Below, in pieces: positions 22,901 through 37,742 of a DNA stretch of 64,000 bases. The notes below the pieces were generated by a model, which saw only the letters and a list, made by a program, of their open reading frames with translations, searched no databases and was not told the DNA's origin. Source of the DNA: Octopus vulgaris (Eukaryota); assembly GCA_951406725.2 (NCBI GenBank), contig OX597820.1:25172001-25236000 (forward strand). Direction: 5' to 3'. The number at the start of each line of letters is the position of its first letter. Within the stretch, counting starts at the first letter, position 1. The position numbers and the translations under genes are program-made.

Positions 22901-25487
22901 ACAATCTGGGTGATGTTTATTGCTTAGCCATCCAGTAGTTGCTAATTAACTTACATCCTAAACCATTCTTGTGCAAATGAACAATAATTTTCTTTAAATC
23001 TTTAGACAATTCTTTTCCTTTTGGTGCCATTTTAATCACAATGAAGAAGATTTTCACCATGGTACACAAATCAGAATTCCTGCAGATGCAATAACAATGA
23101 CCAATGCAAAAATGCCAGGAGAAATAATTTATTAGAATTGAAATTACCAGCAATATCTGAATTTAGTAAAGAAAAGTAGATAAAATATTGAATATAGCAA
23201 ATTTCCTTTAGGGTGTACATATTTTTGTAGCATTTGAAAATTTATATTTTGTTCATATCTTTGAAAATGTTTATTGTCTTGTGTTCCAAATTTCTATAAT
23301 CTTTGCATGTATGATATATTTTATTTAGTATAAATTTCATTTGATTTCCTCTGAAATTATCAGAGTAATGGCAATTTTACTAAAATTTTTTAGGGATGTA
23401 CATACTTCTGTAAGATACTCTGTGTGTGTGTGTGTGTGTCACTACAGTAGAATGAATTCATGGATAATTGCTTGTATTTGTTTTTATCAGTTGTTTTAAA
23501 CTTTTGTGTATGCATATTTTTCTTTGCAGTATCTCATGCGATAATAACATTTATGGTCAAACTAGAAACCCGCATAAAGCTGATCGTTGTCCTGCTGGGT
23601 CCAGTGGAGGAGAAGCAGCTCTCATAGGTTATGGTGGATCAATTTTGGGTATAGGATCGGATATTGGTGGTAGCATTCGCTGTCCAGCTCACTTTTGTGG
23701 CATTTATGGATTAAAAACAACTATTACTCGTGTGGGGTAAGTCTGTAAAATGTTTTCCACAACCCTCTTGATTCTATAGATCTCTTTATATTTAACTGAT
23801 ATCATATCTCCCCTTACTGAAATTATTTCATATTGGTGCAGGCATAGCTCTGTGTTAGAAAGTTTGCTTCCCAGCCACATGGTTTCAGATTCAGTCCCAC
23901 TCCATCGACCTTTGGGCAAATGTCTTCAGCCAACGAAAAGTCTTCTGAGTGAATTTGATAGATGGAAACTGAAACCCGTTGTGTGTTATGTGTGTGCCTT
24001 TGTGTGTGTTTGCCCCCACCACCCATTGACAACAGGTGTTGGTTTGTCTTTCCCTGTGACTTAGCAGTTTAACAAGAGACCAATAGAATAAGTACCTAAC
24101 TTTAAAAACATAAGTGCTGGAGTTGATGCATTCAAAAACATTTTTCAAGGTGGTGCACCAGCATGGCTGAAGTCTAATGACTAAAACAAATAAAGGATAA
24201 AAGATACTGGACTTTTGTTCATTCCAGTACTGCATAAAACATACATTTTCAATTAATGGTGAGCCATTGAAGCACAGATATGCAAATGAAGCTATTCACT
24301 ACAGTAACAGTTTCATTCCTGACTGTTTTGTATGCTAGCATGTAAATAATTTTGTATGCAGACATGTAAATAATTTAAAAAGTAAAAAATCCTCATGCAA
24401 AAAAACTGCACAAATCTGTCCTGATCAAGAGGCCTATCTGTTGAGGAAGGCATGATCTGACATGGAATAAATAAAAATTTATACAAGACATTCTATTGTA
24501 AAAAATTATTTTTTGTCAATTTTAATTGTAGGACTGGAAGTTTATCTATTGCTGCAGAGAAACAAGATCTCAGTAAGAATTATATTACTTTACCTTCTTG
24601 TCTATATGTATACACATCAATATAGCATGACCCATGAAAGATAATCTACATGGTAATAAACCTGCTAGAAATAGCAGTCAAATCTCTCTTAAATCCTACC
24701 TTAGTGTTTTAAAAAAAAAGAAGGACATTGGATAAATATAAGCTGTCTGGAAGTGAGACAAAATAGTTATAGTTGGAATGCCTTATCAGAGGCGTACTCA
24801 GTCAAGAGATGGCTAGTTTCAATAACATGTAATAGGTGGGGTAACCTGGGTTTAAGCAACAACAAATATATTGCCAATGTAGATATGTAATGTAATACAC
24901 ACACTCGTACATGCATCACCTGGATCGGCCAGGCTGATTGGTGCTGAGACGGTTCCATTGGCCACAGCATTCGCTCCATTCCCCTCGTGCTCTTACCATT
25001 CTCCTCCACATTTTTCTTAAATCATCTTCCCACCTGACTGGAGGTCTTCCGAGTGGTCTCTTCCACTTGCACAGGTACCACTCGATAACTACACAATTCA
25101 ACCGATTGTCTGTGAACCTTGTAACATGACTGGCCCTTCATAGCTCTGCATGGTGGTATTCTGCAAGGACGTCCTTCACTCCAGTTCTATCCCTGATCTC
25201 CTCATTTCAGGTGTGATCTCTTAGCAAGACACGCATCAATAAAATGAACATGAGCTAAGAGAAATAATCTCAGACTCCAATGGGTGCAGACATACAATCT
25301 CTTTTCCAGCTGGAGATAGAAAACTGTTACTGTCTGTTAATTTGTAAGCAAAAGAATATATCTGAGTCTTAAACAGGACAGTTTATTGCCCAGTCAGCAA
25401 ATTTTTATGGTCCTAATTGTGAATGAGGAATCTCTGCCCTTAGATTGTTACAGTCCTGATGAACTTCTTATTCACACACTCACACAC

Positions 25488-25521
<34 letters not shown>

Positions 25522-27135
25522 TACTAATTCATAAGAATTCTACTATTAATTACTAATTATTTATCTAATTACAGTTCATCCTTCTATTGGTCCGATGGCA
25601 CAGACTGCTGATGGTTTGATTATTGCAGCAAAAGCATTGTTTTCTAAGAACGTTTTTGAAATGGATCCCCGGATAGCACCTATAGAATTCCAGAATCATG
25701 TAAGGAACGGTTTTTGTTGATATTCATACATTTTTCAGAATTATATCTGCAGTGTCTGCTCATCAACGTTTGTCACCACCAATACCATCTCTACCATTAC
25801 CTTGACCACTATCGCCACAATTACCCTCGTTTTCTGTGCCATTACCAGCATTATCATCCTCATCACCACAATTATTGCCATCACTGTAACCATTAGTACC
25901 TCTCTCACCACTATCATTTCCAACATCATCATCAATACTCAGGTTATTCTCAAGCGCTGCTGGTAACATAGTCCAGTACAACCTGTCACATGATCAGGTC
26001 ACTGGCAACTAAACTGGTAACCCTCTAAGCTTGCTTTGTGGGGAGGGTGATTAACTGGACATCATGTTGGACGTAAAGGAGAAAAGCATCAAAGGACAGA
26101 GGAACTCGTGAGAGCCAATGACCATCCTATAATGTGTGAAGGCATGTGACTTAGTGGCTAGCATGTTGCATTCACAATTGTAAGGTCATGGTTTCATTTC
26201 TCAAGCTAGCTGTGCTTTGTGTTCTTGTACCAAACACTTTATTTTATAATGTTGCTCCAGTCCACTCAGCTTTAAATGGTTAACTTTGGGATTGATTGAT
26301 GTACAATTGTGAAATGCCAACTCTGAAAAAAATCACCTGAATGGAGGTCTTGAGAACCACATTTTTGTGTTCAGCAATCAGAAGGAAGAATAGTACAACC
26401 CTTACTGTGAATCCCAAGTGACTGAAATTGGTTGTTTAACCACGTCGAAGGATGATGATGATGATGATGATACTGATCAATAACAAGAGCTTGTACTGAA
26501 GTAGGTAGGTTTGTGCCAGTTAATGAGAGGTTAAAAAGTATAATTGCTTTCAAAATTAATTAAAATAAAGAGGGTGTAATTCAGCAGAAATATAGAAACG
26601 AAAGGTTTTAGCACATCAGATTAGTAGAATCATTGGCTAAAAGGCCTTGTGTTATTCTGTGAAGACAGAAATAACAATATTTGCTGCAAGGGTTATGGAT
26701 GAGAGGAATTTTTACAGAGATGTATTACAAAAATCATAGTGATGGTGGAGGTGGGGTTATGTAGAATTAACTTAGAGAAAACAGGCATAAGAAAGAAAAG
26801 TATGCAAAAGGCTTCGAGTGGAATATCCCAAAAAGAGAAACTCCGTCTAAGACCAATCAAGAACCACCAACTAGCCTGAATTATGAAGGGTATTTTCTCA
26901 ATAATGATAATAATTATTATTTTTACTCTAGGCACAAGGCCTTGAAAATTTTTGGTGAAGGGGACTAATCAATTACATCGACCCCAGTGCATAGCTGGTA
27001 CTTATTTCATTGACCCCGTTAAGAAAGGATAAGTCGACCTTGGCGGAATTTGAACTCAGAACATAGTGGCAGACAAAATACCGCTAAGCATTTCACCCAA
27101 CATGCTAATAATTCTGCCAGCTTGCCACCTTAATG

Positions 27136-27172
<37 letters not shown>

Positions 27173-30100
27173 TTGATGATAAAAATTATTGTAAATTAAT
27201 TTCTCTTTTCAGTTATTTGAAGGAAAGAAAAACCTGCGGATTGGATATTATGTGACTGATAATACAGTTAGTTCTATCCCAGCCTGCCGCAGAGCAGTTC
27301 TTATGGCAAAGAAAGCATTGGAAGCTAAGGGGCATACGGTAAGAATGTTATCATTGTCATGATTATTATCATTATTATTATTATTACTTACTTACTTACT
27401 TTTAATTTGTATATTTGTTGCAATCACTTACTGAGACACACCCCGCACCCTAGGGCAAGTGAAGGTTAAGCGATGTTGAAATATAATTGAAAGCTTGGGT
27501 GGGGAGAATGGCTAAAGCAGTAGAAAAATACCTCCATATAATACAATATAAATTGATAGGGTTTTTCTAAGGATATGGGCAGTACTGGTCAGCACAATCT
27601 TTTGGATTTTCTTGAGACATGGTTCTCCTGGGATGTTGTCTAGCTTTTTTCTGACATACCTTTTTTATCATACATAGGGCACCCATAATTAGAGGAGCAG
27701 TTTTTGCTTTAAGATGGCACATCTTTTGTATTTCAATTTCCAGGACCTTGTATTTACTAAGTTTGTCAAATGTTAGCATGCCGGACAAAATTTTTAACAG
27801 CATTTCATCCATCCTTACATTCTAAGTTCAAATTCCACCAAGGTCTATTTTGCCTTTAATCCTAACTTCTACTGAGTTATCTGTGTTACATTTTTCACAA
27901 TCTGAATTTATAAAGACAAGGCAAAATGCAAAATCACTAACAAGAACACACACATACACACATATACAATAGGCAACTTTAATTTCTGTTGACCAGTTTC
28001 ACTCACAAAATATTGGTCAACCCACTGTTATAGTATAGAACATTAGCTAGCATCATACCTGCAGTGGGACTGAACTCCTTTCACCTGGTTCAGAAGCAAA
28101 CTTCTCGACCACACAGCCATGCCTACACCTTTGGCTATCCTTATAGCTCGTCTGTCAGTGCCTTTACAAAAATTGCAACAATAACAAATAGAATGATAGA
28201 CATATTCTTTAACCTCCATTTAATTCAAAACTAGGTCAGGGTAATTTCTGAGCTTTTCAGTTCAATTCTACTCAATATGACTTTCAAGTTTTGACACAAG
28301 GCCAGCAATTTTGGAGGTGGAACAGGTTGAACTGATTGCCCCCAGTACTCATTTGTACTTATTTCTTTAACCCCTAAATGATGAAAGGCAAGGTCAACCT
28401 CAGCAGAATTTGAACTCAAAATGTAAAGATAGACGAAATGCTGCTAAGCACTTTGCTCAGTATACAAATGATCCTGCTAGCTTGATGCCCACCACCAATT
28501 TAACCCTTTTGCTACCAACCTGACCAAAACCGCCTCTGGCTCTGCAGTACAAATGTCTTGTTTTCATAAGTATTGAATTAAAATCTTCCACCAAACCTTT
28601 GTCACAATTTATGTTCCTAACACTAGCTTAATGATAACTAAGTTCTTTTACTAAATTCTTCGTTATATTTAAAATTAATTGAATGAAACACAGAGCATAT
28701 CAAAATAAATACAGTAACAAAAGGGTTAATAATGGTTTCAAATTTTGTCTCTAGGCCAGAAATTTTAGGAGAGGGGTTAAATCAATTACACCAACCCCAT
28801 TTTTCAATTGGTACTTATTTTATCAAACCTGAAAGGATGAAAGACAAAGTTGACCCCAATGGCATCTGCACTCAGAACAAGCATTTTGCCTGGCATGCTA
28901 ACGATTCTGCCAGCTTGCTGCCCTTATATATGGCTTAATTATTGCTAACAAACTATTACCAGTTTACTTAGATTCTGAACTTTACCATATCTCTATTTTT
29001 TATAAATTTTTCTCTTGAGTTAATTTACCACTCAATGGATTGGATATTGCTTTGGCTGATATCCTCTGTCCTTTCACTCTGTCCTTTCCTTCAATCTTCC
29101 ATATCCATCATCTTCTACGTTTCACTTTGATTTTCATACAAATAGATGACTAAGTTCTATCCTATTTGCTCCTATAACGAAGCATACATCACTGATAAAT
29201 GTTGTTGTTTCATTTGATTTACAGGTCGTTGAATTTACTCCTCCCAGAATCCTGTATGCTCTCTGCTTAGCATCACGCATATTGTGGTTGGATGGCCGCA
29301 GATTAAGCAATATGGTGTAAGTATCTTATATAGTAAAATTCCAGAATGCTAGGAAACTAGTGGGGATTAGTGCAGCTGTTGTAAACACAATTAGAGAATT
29401 TGCAGTATAATAAAAAAATTTGATTACCAGGAGTGGAAAAACTCAATGCTTCAACCTCTTGATCTGCAGTAAAGAATAGAGAAAGATGTGTGGAAGAGGA
29501 AGACATGGACAAGGTGGCGAAGCACGATCTTCGGATGTTAAATCTCATGGAGACAACGCCAAGTGAGCGACACATTTGGGGATTTGCTGTGCTTGAGAAG
29601 ATATGTCAAGTGGAATCATAAATGTGACCAGTGCTAGTGACACATACAAGGTACCTGTGCTGGTGACATGGGCAGGGCACCCATGCTGGTGACATGTGCA
29701 GGGCACCCGTGCTGGTGACATGTGCAGGGCACCTGTGCTGGTGACATGTGCAAGGCACCCATGCTGGTGACATGTGCAAGGCACCCATGCTGGTGACATG
29801 TGCAGGGCACCCGTGCTGGTGGAATGTGCAAGGCAACCATGCTGGTGGCACATGCAGGGCACCCATGCTGGTGACACGTGCAAGGCACCCGTGCGGGTGA
29901 CACCTGCAGGGCACCCGTGCCGGTGACACCTGCAGGGCACTCGTGCCACACGTGCGGGGCACCTGTGCCGGTGACATGTGCAGGGTGCCAGTGACATGTG
30001 CAGGGTGCCGGTGACATGTGCAGGGCGCCAGTGACACGTGTGGGGTGCCAGTGACACATGCGTGGCGCCCATGCTGGTGACATGTGTGGGGCACTGTCAT

Positions 30101-33100
30101 CATCATTTAACATCCTCCTTCAATGCTGGCATGGATTAGATGGTTTGGCAGGATCTGGCCAGGCAGGAGCCTGCGCCATGCTTCTGTATCTGTTTTGGCA
30201 TGGTTTTTATGGCTGGAAACTCTCCTTAACACCAACCATTCTGCAGAATGTGCTAATGCATGATTAATTAAAAACAATGTGAATAAGTAGGCAATTACTT
30301 TCAAAGTAATTTGTATAAGCCAAAGGTTTAGTATATTTCTGGGTTTTTTTTCCTTTCTGTTTTTCAGAAAACATGAGCCACCAAGTAAGGAGCTGTTCTT
30401 TCTAAGAATTACTGAAAATTTTGCCAAAATTTTAGCTTCCCTACTTTATTTTATTGTAAGTAATATTTTCTTAAATCTTCAGCATTTAAACTGGTCATAT
30501 CCAGCCAAAATATTCTACTTATTTAATGTTCAAACAGGCTGTATCTGGTCTCTTACTCCGACCCTACAATGTCTTACAAAAAGTAAACAATCACATCATT
30601 GAAGTCTCAAAACTACAAGATCATGCATGGTTAATTCAAGAGAATGTTAATAATCAAGCATTACATTTAACAGTATAATCTGAATGCTAAAGGGTTAATA
30701 CTAAAAGTTTTTCTCTCATATATTAATATATTTTGAAAAAATATTATTGCTCAAAATTCAAACTTTGCACATATTTATCTACATAGGCATAGGTATAGCT
30801 GTGTGGTTGAGAAATCTGCTTCCTAACCATTTCGGTTTGGGTTCAGTGCCACTGCACAGCACCTTGGGTAAGTTTTTTCTGCTATAATCCTTGGCAATCC
30901 AAAGTGTTGTGATTGAATTTGGTCAGTGAAAACTAAAATAAGACCATGGTGGATGTGTGTATGTGTGTGATCCCTTGTCTTGATATTACACAATATTCAT
31001 AAATGAGCATCACTGTCATACAAGAAGTGTTCTTCTGTGAAGATGTGTCCAGCCCTGAGAAAATATTACTTTGCCTGGAAGCAATTTCTACATGGTAGAA
31101 ATAATTTGCTACAAATTGACCGTCAACCATTATTATCACTTTTGGGGTCAAAAATACAGTGAATCAACTATAATGCTGGGGGACAATATTGCTAAACTAC
31201 AATTTTCAGATGCAGTATATCACATTGAAGAAAATTGGTCATGCGGACTGTTTACCGAGACTAGTCCCCAAGAATGCGGAACTGATAGAAGATACGGTGA
31301 TAGCCTCATTGAAGTCAGAAAATGAAATAAAAAGTATTATGTGTAATGTTCTTCATAAACTGCCAGTGACAGCATATGATATAAAAATGAAATCCACAGA
31401 GGATAATTACATTACAAGAATGAAAGAAATGTTGAAAAATAAGAAATGTTGAAATATGCATCGTTGCATAGCGAAAAATTATTCGCTATACAACGATGTT
31501 TAATTTACACACAGAGTGGTAGTACCAACTGCACTACAGAAACGAGTATTGCAGGAATTCCTCAGTGGGCACCTGGGAATGCCGAGAATGAAAGCCTTAA
31601 TGAGCAGCTGTGTATATTGGCTTACAATAGACTGGAACATTGAAAATTGTGTAAAATCATGTAGCGGTTGTGCACTAGCAGCCAAAGCACCACTGGTGAA
31701 AAACCAATTGTGGCCTGAGATGGATAGTCCATGGTCCAGGGTACATATCAACTATGCTGGACCAATGAACGGTGCTTACTATTTGTTGTTGGTAGCAGTA
31801 CAAAGTGGCCTGAGGTATGCAGGTGTAATAAACCAACTGCAAAGACAACAATAAAGTTCCTGTATGAATTATTTGCCTGATAAGGTGTTCCAGATGCATT
31901 GGTATCAGATAATGGGAACAAAATTTACAGGTTATGAATTCAAAAATTTCTGCAAGATACATGCAGTAAAGCACGTTTTTACCCTGCCTTACCACCTGAG
32001 GTCAAACATGCAGGTAGAAAGATTTGTTGATACTTCCAAGCAGGCATTAAATAAAAGCAAAGAATGATGTAGGAAATAACAAAGCACTAACGAAATTCTT
32101 GAGTGTATATAGAGTAACACCCAATCCGAATACCATTTCAGAAAAGTCTCCAGCAGAGTTAATGTGTGTGTGAAAAATAAAATCAAACTTCAATAAATTG
32201 TTGCTAGGAAAAAATATATTTAAAAGAAATACAGAAAAGGCAACAAATCATTTGAAAGTAGGAGATAAAGTTCATTTTAAAATTTACAAAAATGGTAAAG
32301 AAGGCTGGGTGGATGGTTTTGTAACTAAAAGATTAAGAAACATGATGTCTGTAATTAAAGGACAACATTGGGAACATAAGAGACACCTAAACCAATTAAA
32401 GATGAGACATACTGAAAAACAAAAGGAAATGTCAATAGAAGTCTGCTATGACATGTTTGAGGTGCCAACACCAAAAGAGATGGCATCTTTTCCAGGTGAA
32501 GATTTGTCTCTCGTCCATTTAATGCTATGGAGACTGGATATAAGTACCAGTCCATTAAACCATGGAGCTGTGTTACTGTTCACAAAATGAACAATGTAAT
32601 ATAAAGTATATTAATTTCAGACAAAATTAAATAAGTGTATTCTATTCATCTTTTTCCTTATAGTTCCTTATTTCAAAATCAAACTTCTAATCCCACCAAA
32701 TATTATTATGAAATGATTATTTCCCTTATATTAACTGCCCACTAGAGCAGTGTTACTCAAAGTGCCAGTCTGCGAGCCATCAGCTGCCAGTGTGCAACCA
32801 GTTTCCAAAAAAGAAAGAAACACTATAAAATGCTTATATAATATTGTATTTTTTGTTTACAAAATAAATATAAGATAAAAAAATTGTCACCTTTTATTAT
32901 ATTCATTATATGTATTTGTTTCCAGTATAAATTGATATTAGTAAAAAAAATCTACCGGTACTCCACATCAGATAGTTTGAGAACCATTGCATTAGAGGAC
33001 AACGCGTGAATGAAAAATAAATTTTTCGCTTTATTTTACAATAAAACTTCATCTAAATTATTTCAAACTTTAAAATATTTTTAAAAAAACATCTTTTAAA

Positions 33101-34551
33101 GTAGATTTTGTTCAGAAGTTTGTGTTTGTTTTCTTTTATTTTCTTGTTTTTATTTTTTTTCTGTTCTCTATTATCTTGCAGGACAACACTTCATATCAAA
33201 TCTTATGTTCACTGGATGGAAGTAGGTGAGTATGGAATTAGTTACCCTACCTTGGTTTCTGTGCGTGTGTAATGTATGTATCATCATTATTGTCTTCATT
33301 TAATCATCATTATCATCATCATTTAATAATCCGTTTTCTATGCTGGCATGGATTAGATGGTTTGACCAGTCTGATTTGGCAGGGTTCCTACTGCTGGCTG
33401 CCCTTCTTAATGCCAACCACTTTACAGTGTTTACTGTGTGCTTTTAACTTGGCACCGCACAACAACTCACAAATTGGTACCAATGTATGTACATATGCAT
33501 GTATGTATGCATGCATGTATGTGAGGTATCCATCTCTCATCTAAATGTGAGTAGCTATGTTGCTGTTCTATGACAAGGATCTCCTTGTCCTCCCTTTTTC
33601 ACCTACTTTAACCCTTCATCTTCTAGTATAAAGCTGACCCCATTCTCTGTCTCAAGGTTCATAGTCTTGTGAGCTCCACGGTGACCTCACTGGTGCCAGC
33701 GAACCAGGAAAAGCACTCAGTACACACTGAAGTGGTTGGCATTAGGAAGGGCATCAAGCTGTAGGAACCATGCCAAAGCAGACATAGGAGCATGATGTAG
33801 TTCTTGGACCCATTGAATCTCTGTCAGATAGTCCTACGTTTGGCAGCATAGAACTTGGACATTAAATGGTGATGATAATGTTTATACATAGGTGCAGGCA
33901 TAGCTGTGTGGTAAGAAGCTTGCTTCCCAACCACATGCTTCTGGGTTCAGTCCCACTGCATGGCACCTTGGGCAAGTGTCTTCCACTGTAGCCTCAGGCT
34001 GACCACAGAGCCTTGTGAGTGGATTTTGTAGATGGAAACTGAAACAAAAAGCCTGTCACATGTATGTGTGTGTCTTTGTGTTTGTCTTTTCCCCCCTCCC
34101 ATCACTTGATAACTGATGTTGGTGTTTTTACTTCTCTGTAACTTGGAGGTTCAGCAAAAGAGACTGATCTAATAAGTACTATCCTTACAAAGAATAAATC
34201 CTGGGGTCAATTTCTTTGAATAAAAAACCCTTTACAACAATTTACAACAAAATTTGTTTCAACACATGAAGCTTTGAGGATACGTCTCCTTGTCTTTGAC
34301 AGGTGATAGTTGTGACCCACTATCATTCAAGCAGTGACCCTTGTTTCTAAATCTCCTGTGGAAACATGTCTGGTTATGAAGAAATATTATTTTGGGTTGG
34401 AAAAGGCAAGGGCTGGTGTCAAGAAGTGCATTCAGCTGTAGAAAATCTGTCTCATCAATAATGTCCACCAATCCATGCAAGCATGGAAAGGTGGACATTA
34501 GACCAATGATGATGATATATTAGATAATCACAAAGTATTTAAATGCCAATC

Positions 34552-34629
<78 letters not shown>

Positions 34630-37600
34630 TTTTTCTTTTTTCTTTCCATTTCCAGAAAATATCGTCAAATATATAGTTTGGTTGCTGAAAAAGAAGTAAG
34701 TCAGTTTAAAATATTCTTCTGTTTAAAGTAAGATGAGAATTGTAGTTTGCTTGAAGTAAAATAAAAATAATGAAGATGAAGTAAAATAACAAATAATGAA
34801 GATGAAGAGCTTCTTATGATGCAAAAAGGAAAAAATAAGTAATCGTTATATATTTCAAGTACAAAGGCCTATCACCAAAAGTGAACAGAATCGTAATTGA
34901 AATCAAATTCGATGACTGGCATCTGTACTAATGGAGCACTAAGAGTACCATACGAGTGAGATCGTGGCCAGAGCAAGCTGGCCTCCATGCCAATGGCACG
35001 TTAAAAACACCATTTGAGCGTGATCGTTATCGGCATCGCCTTACTAGCACTTGTGCTGGTGGCATGTGAAAAAAACATTTGAGCGAGGTCATTGCCAGTG
35101 CCACTGGACTGGCTCCTGTGCAGGTGGCACATAAAAAGCACCATTTGAGCATGGCCGTTGCCAGTACTGCCTGACTGGCCCTCGTGCCGGTGGCATGTAA
35201 AAGCACCCACTACACTCTTGGAGTGGTTGGCATTAGGAAGGACATCCAGCTGCAGAAACTCTGCCAGATCAGATTGGAGCCTAGTGCAGCCATCTGGTTC
35301 ACCAGTCCTCAGTCAAATCATCCAACCCATGCTAGCATGGAAAGCGGACGTTAAATGATGATGATGATTGACCAGATCTGCATAAACTTAGATTTCTTTA
35401 ATCCATTCGTGCCTGATGATGGGCATTTTTACCTGAAATATATAGAAGTTACTTAACTTTTTTTGCAACATAAGCTCTCCCTCTTCATTAAATTCAACCC
35501 TCAGAACCCCTGCAGCCACTATTCCGGCCACCAGCTGCAGATACAAATAACCCAGCAGCCACTTTACCGGCCAGTATTTTCTGATTTGGAAAACCAGACA
35601 ATAACTGCTGGTTTTACTGGCACCACAAGCACCAGTATTGGCAAAAAAAAAAAAAACTAGTGGTAACGACAATGTTGCCCTCTATTTGTCATTTCATTTC
35701 AATATGAGAGACAGAAAACACATTTTAGTCACAGTAAAATAATATTAGGTTGGAAATCATTTGCATTGCCTCTTTTATCCAGGGAACTTGGGGTGAGGTT
35801 GCAAAGGACAACAGGTATATGGGATTCAAAGGATTAAAGTAGTTTGTATGAAATTGTCTTTGAACGGTATGGTCAATATTGGTGACCATAGTTATGTCAG
35901 TGATATTACATAGTACTGGTTTCAAATTTTGGCACAGAGCCAGAAATTTAGTGGGGAGGGTGCTAAGTCATTTACAGAAATTTAGTGGGGAGTGAGGGGA
36001 GGGTGCTAAGTTATTTACATCGACCTCAGGGATCAACTGGTTCTTATTTTATCAACCACAAAAGGATGAAAAGTAAAGTTGACTCCAGCAGCATTTGAAC
36101 CCAGAACAAAAAGATGAACAATATACCACTACAACTGATGGACAACTTGAGCTCATGCATACACTTTCTTTTGTTTTATTGGGTTTTTTTTTTTCATATA
36201 ATACATTAATGTCCTTGGATTCTGATATGTATCTATTACACTATGTATTACTCACACTCTTATATTGAATTTAAACCAGGTGTTGGGTTCAGTCAAAAAG
36301 ATTTGAAACTTTTTCAGGAGAGGCATTTATTAATTTTAAAAAAAGTATAAAACTCTAATCTCCTTTAAAATAAGATCTTCTGACTTCAATGTACTTGTTG
36401 TAGCACTCTGGCCATTTCGTAAAGGCTCCATGGAAGACCTTCAAAGTTAAGGTGTCTTGGAACCTTGTTACAGTTTCAATCTTCTCAATGTTTTCAAAAC
36501 AGCTACCTGCCAGCTTGGGGAATAACTAAAAGTCACAAGGAGCAATATTTGGACTGCAGGGTTGGTTAGGGACAGTTTTGAAGTCCACCTCTGTCAAGTA
36601 GTTGCTTACCAGGATAGAATTGTGACAAGCAGTGTTTAGTGGGTTGTGACAAGCAGCATTTAGTAGGCTGTGACAAGCAACGTTTGATAGGCTGTGACAA
36701 GCAGTGCTTGGTAGGCTGTGACAAGCAGCATCTGGTAGGCTGTGGCAAACAGCATTTGATAGGCTGTGACAAACAGCATCTAGTAAAGTGTATTCAATAT
36801 GCTGTTTCAGCCAGCTCCTCTAATTGGATTGTCAAATTAATTGCTGTTTAGTAATGAGGTACTAAAATTACAATAATCTAGAACAGTTATAACTGTATCT
36901 CCTACAAAATACTTCTGCAATGCATCTAGTATATTGATAAATTGCACATGAATAAGAGTATTTCACTACATAGTCATCTTTCGAAAGATTAAGACTTGAG
37001 ACTCTTGCTACCAGTTCATATAAATGCTTGAATTTGTTTGAAAAACATTCCATATTTTTGATATATTAGTAAATTGTAAGCATTTCATGAATATGAACAT
37101 CTCTAATATGAACATGTTATACATTTGTAGATTGCCACAATTTGGTCTGTATCTAGTATGAGGGATTTCTCTGTTACTCTTCAAGTGATTATTCAGCTAT
37201 ATTTGCACCATTTAAGTAAAGTACTCACTTGGAGTAAACAGATTTGTTGTCACACACTTAGAATCATTACTTATTACTGGTGATCCTGAATTAGATTTAT
37301 GATTTATGTTTCAGAAATACGATAAAGAATTTGCTGATGCTATGCAAAAAGATAAATTGGATGCTCTCATCTGCCCTGTCATGTCTTCGACATCACTACT
37401 GATAAAGTGTTCAAACTTTGGAAGTAAGTCCATAACACTTTAAATTAACCTAAATTGAACATTTGAAAAGTAAACTTCTAGAAAACTTAATCGCTTTACT
37501 CTTTTCTCTCTTTTACTTGCTTCAGTCATTTGATTGCAGCCATGCTGGAGCACCGCCTTTAATCGAGCAACTCGACCCCGGGACTTATTCTTTTGTAAGC

Positions 37601-37709
37601 CCAGTACTTATTCTATCGGTCTCTTTTGCCGAACCGCTAAGTAACGGGGACATAAACACACCAGCATCGGTTGTCAAGCAATGTTAGGGGGACAAACACA
37701 GACACACAA

Positions 37710-37742
<33 letters not shown>

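Noticed and set aside
25714-25981. His-rich and Gly/Asp/Asn-rich ORFs
   Set aside because: Decayed (CAT/CAC)n repeat in intron 9.
29625-30090. Possible CRISPR array or Cys/His-rich protein ORFs
   Set aside because: Head-to-tail units without unique spacers, no cas genes, eukaryotic intron; the ORFs are by-products of the repeat.
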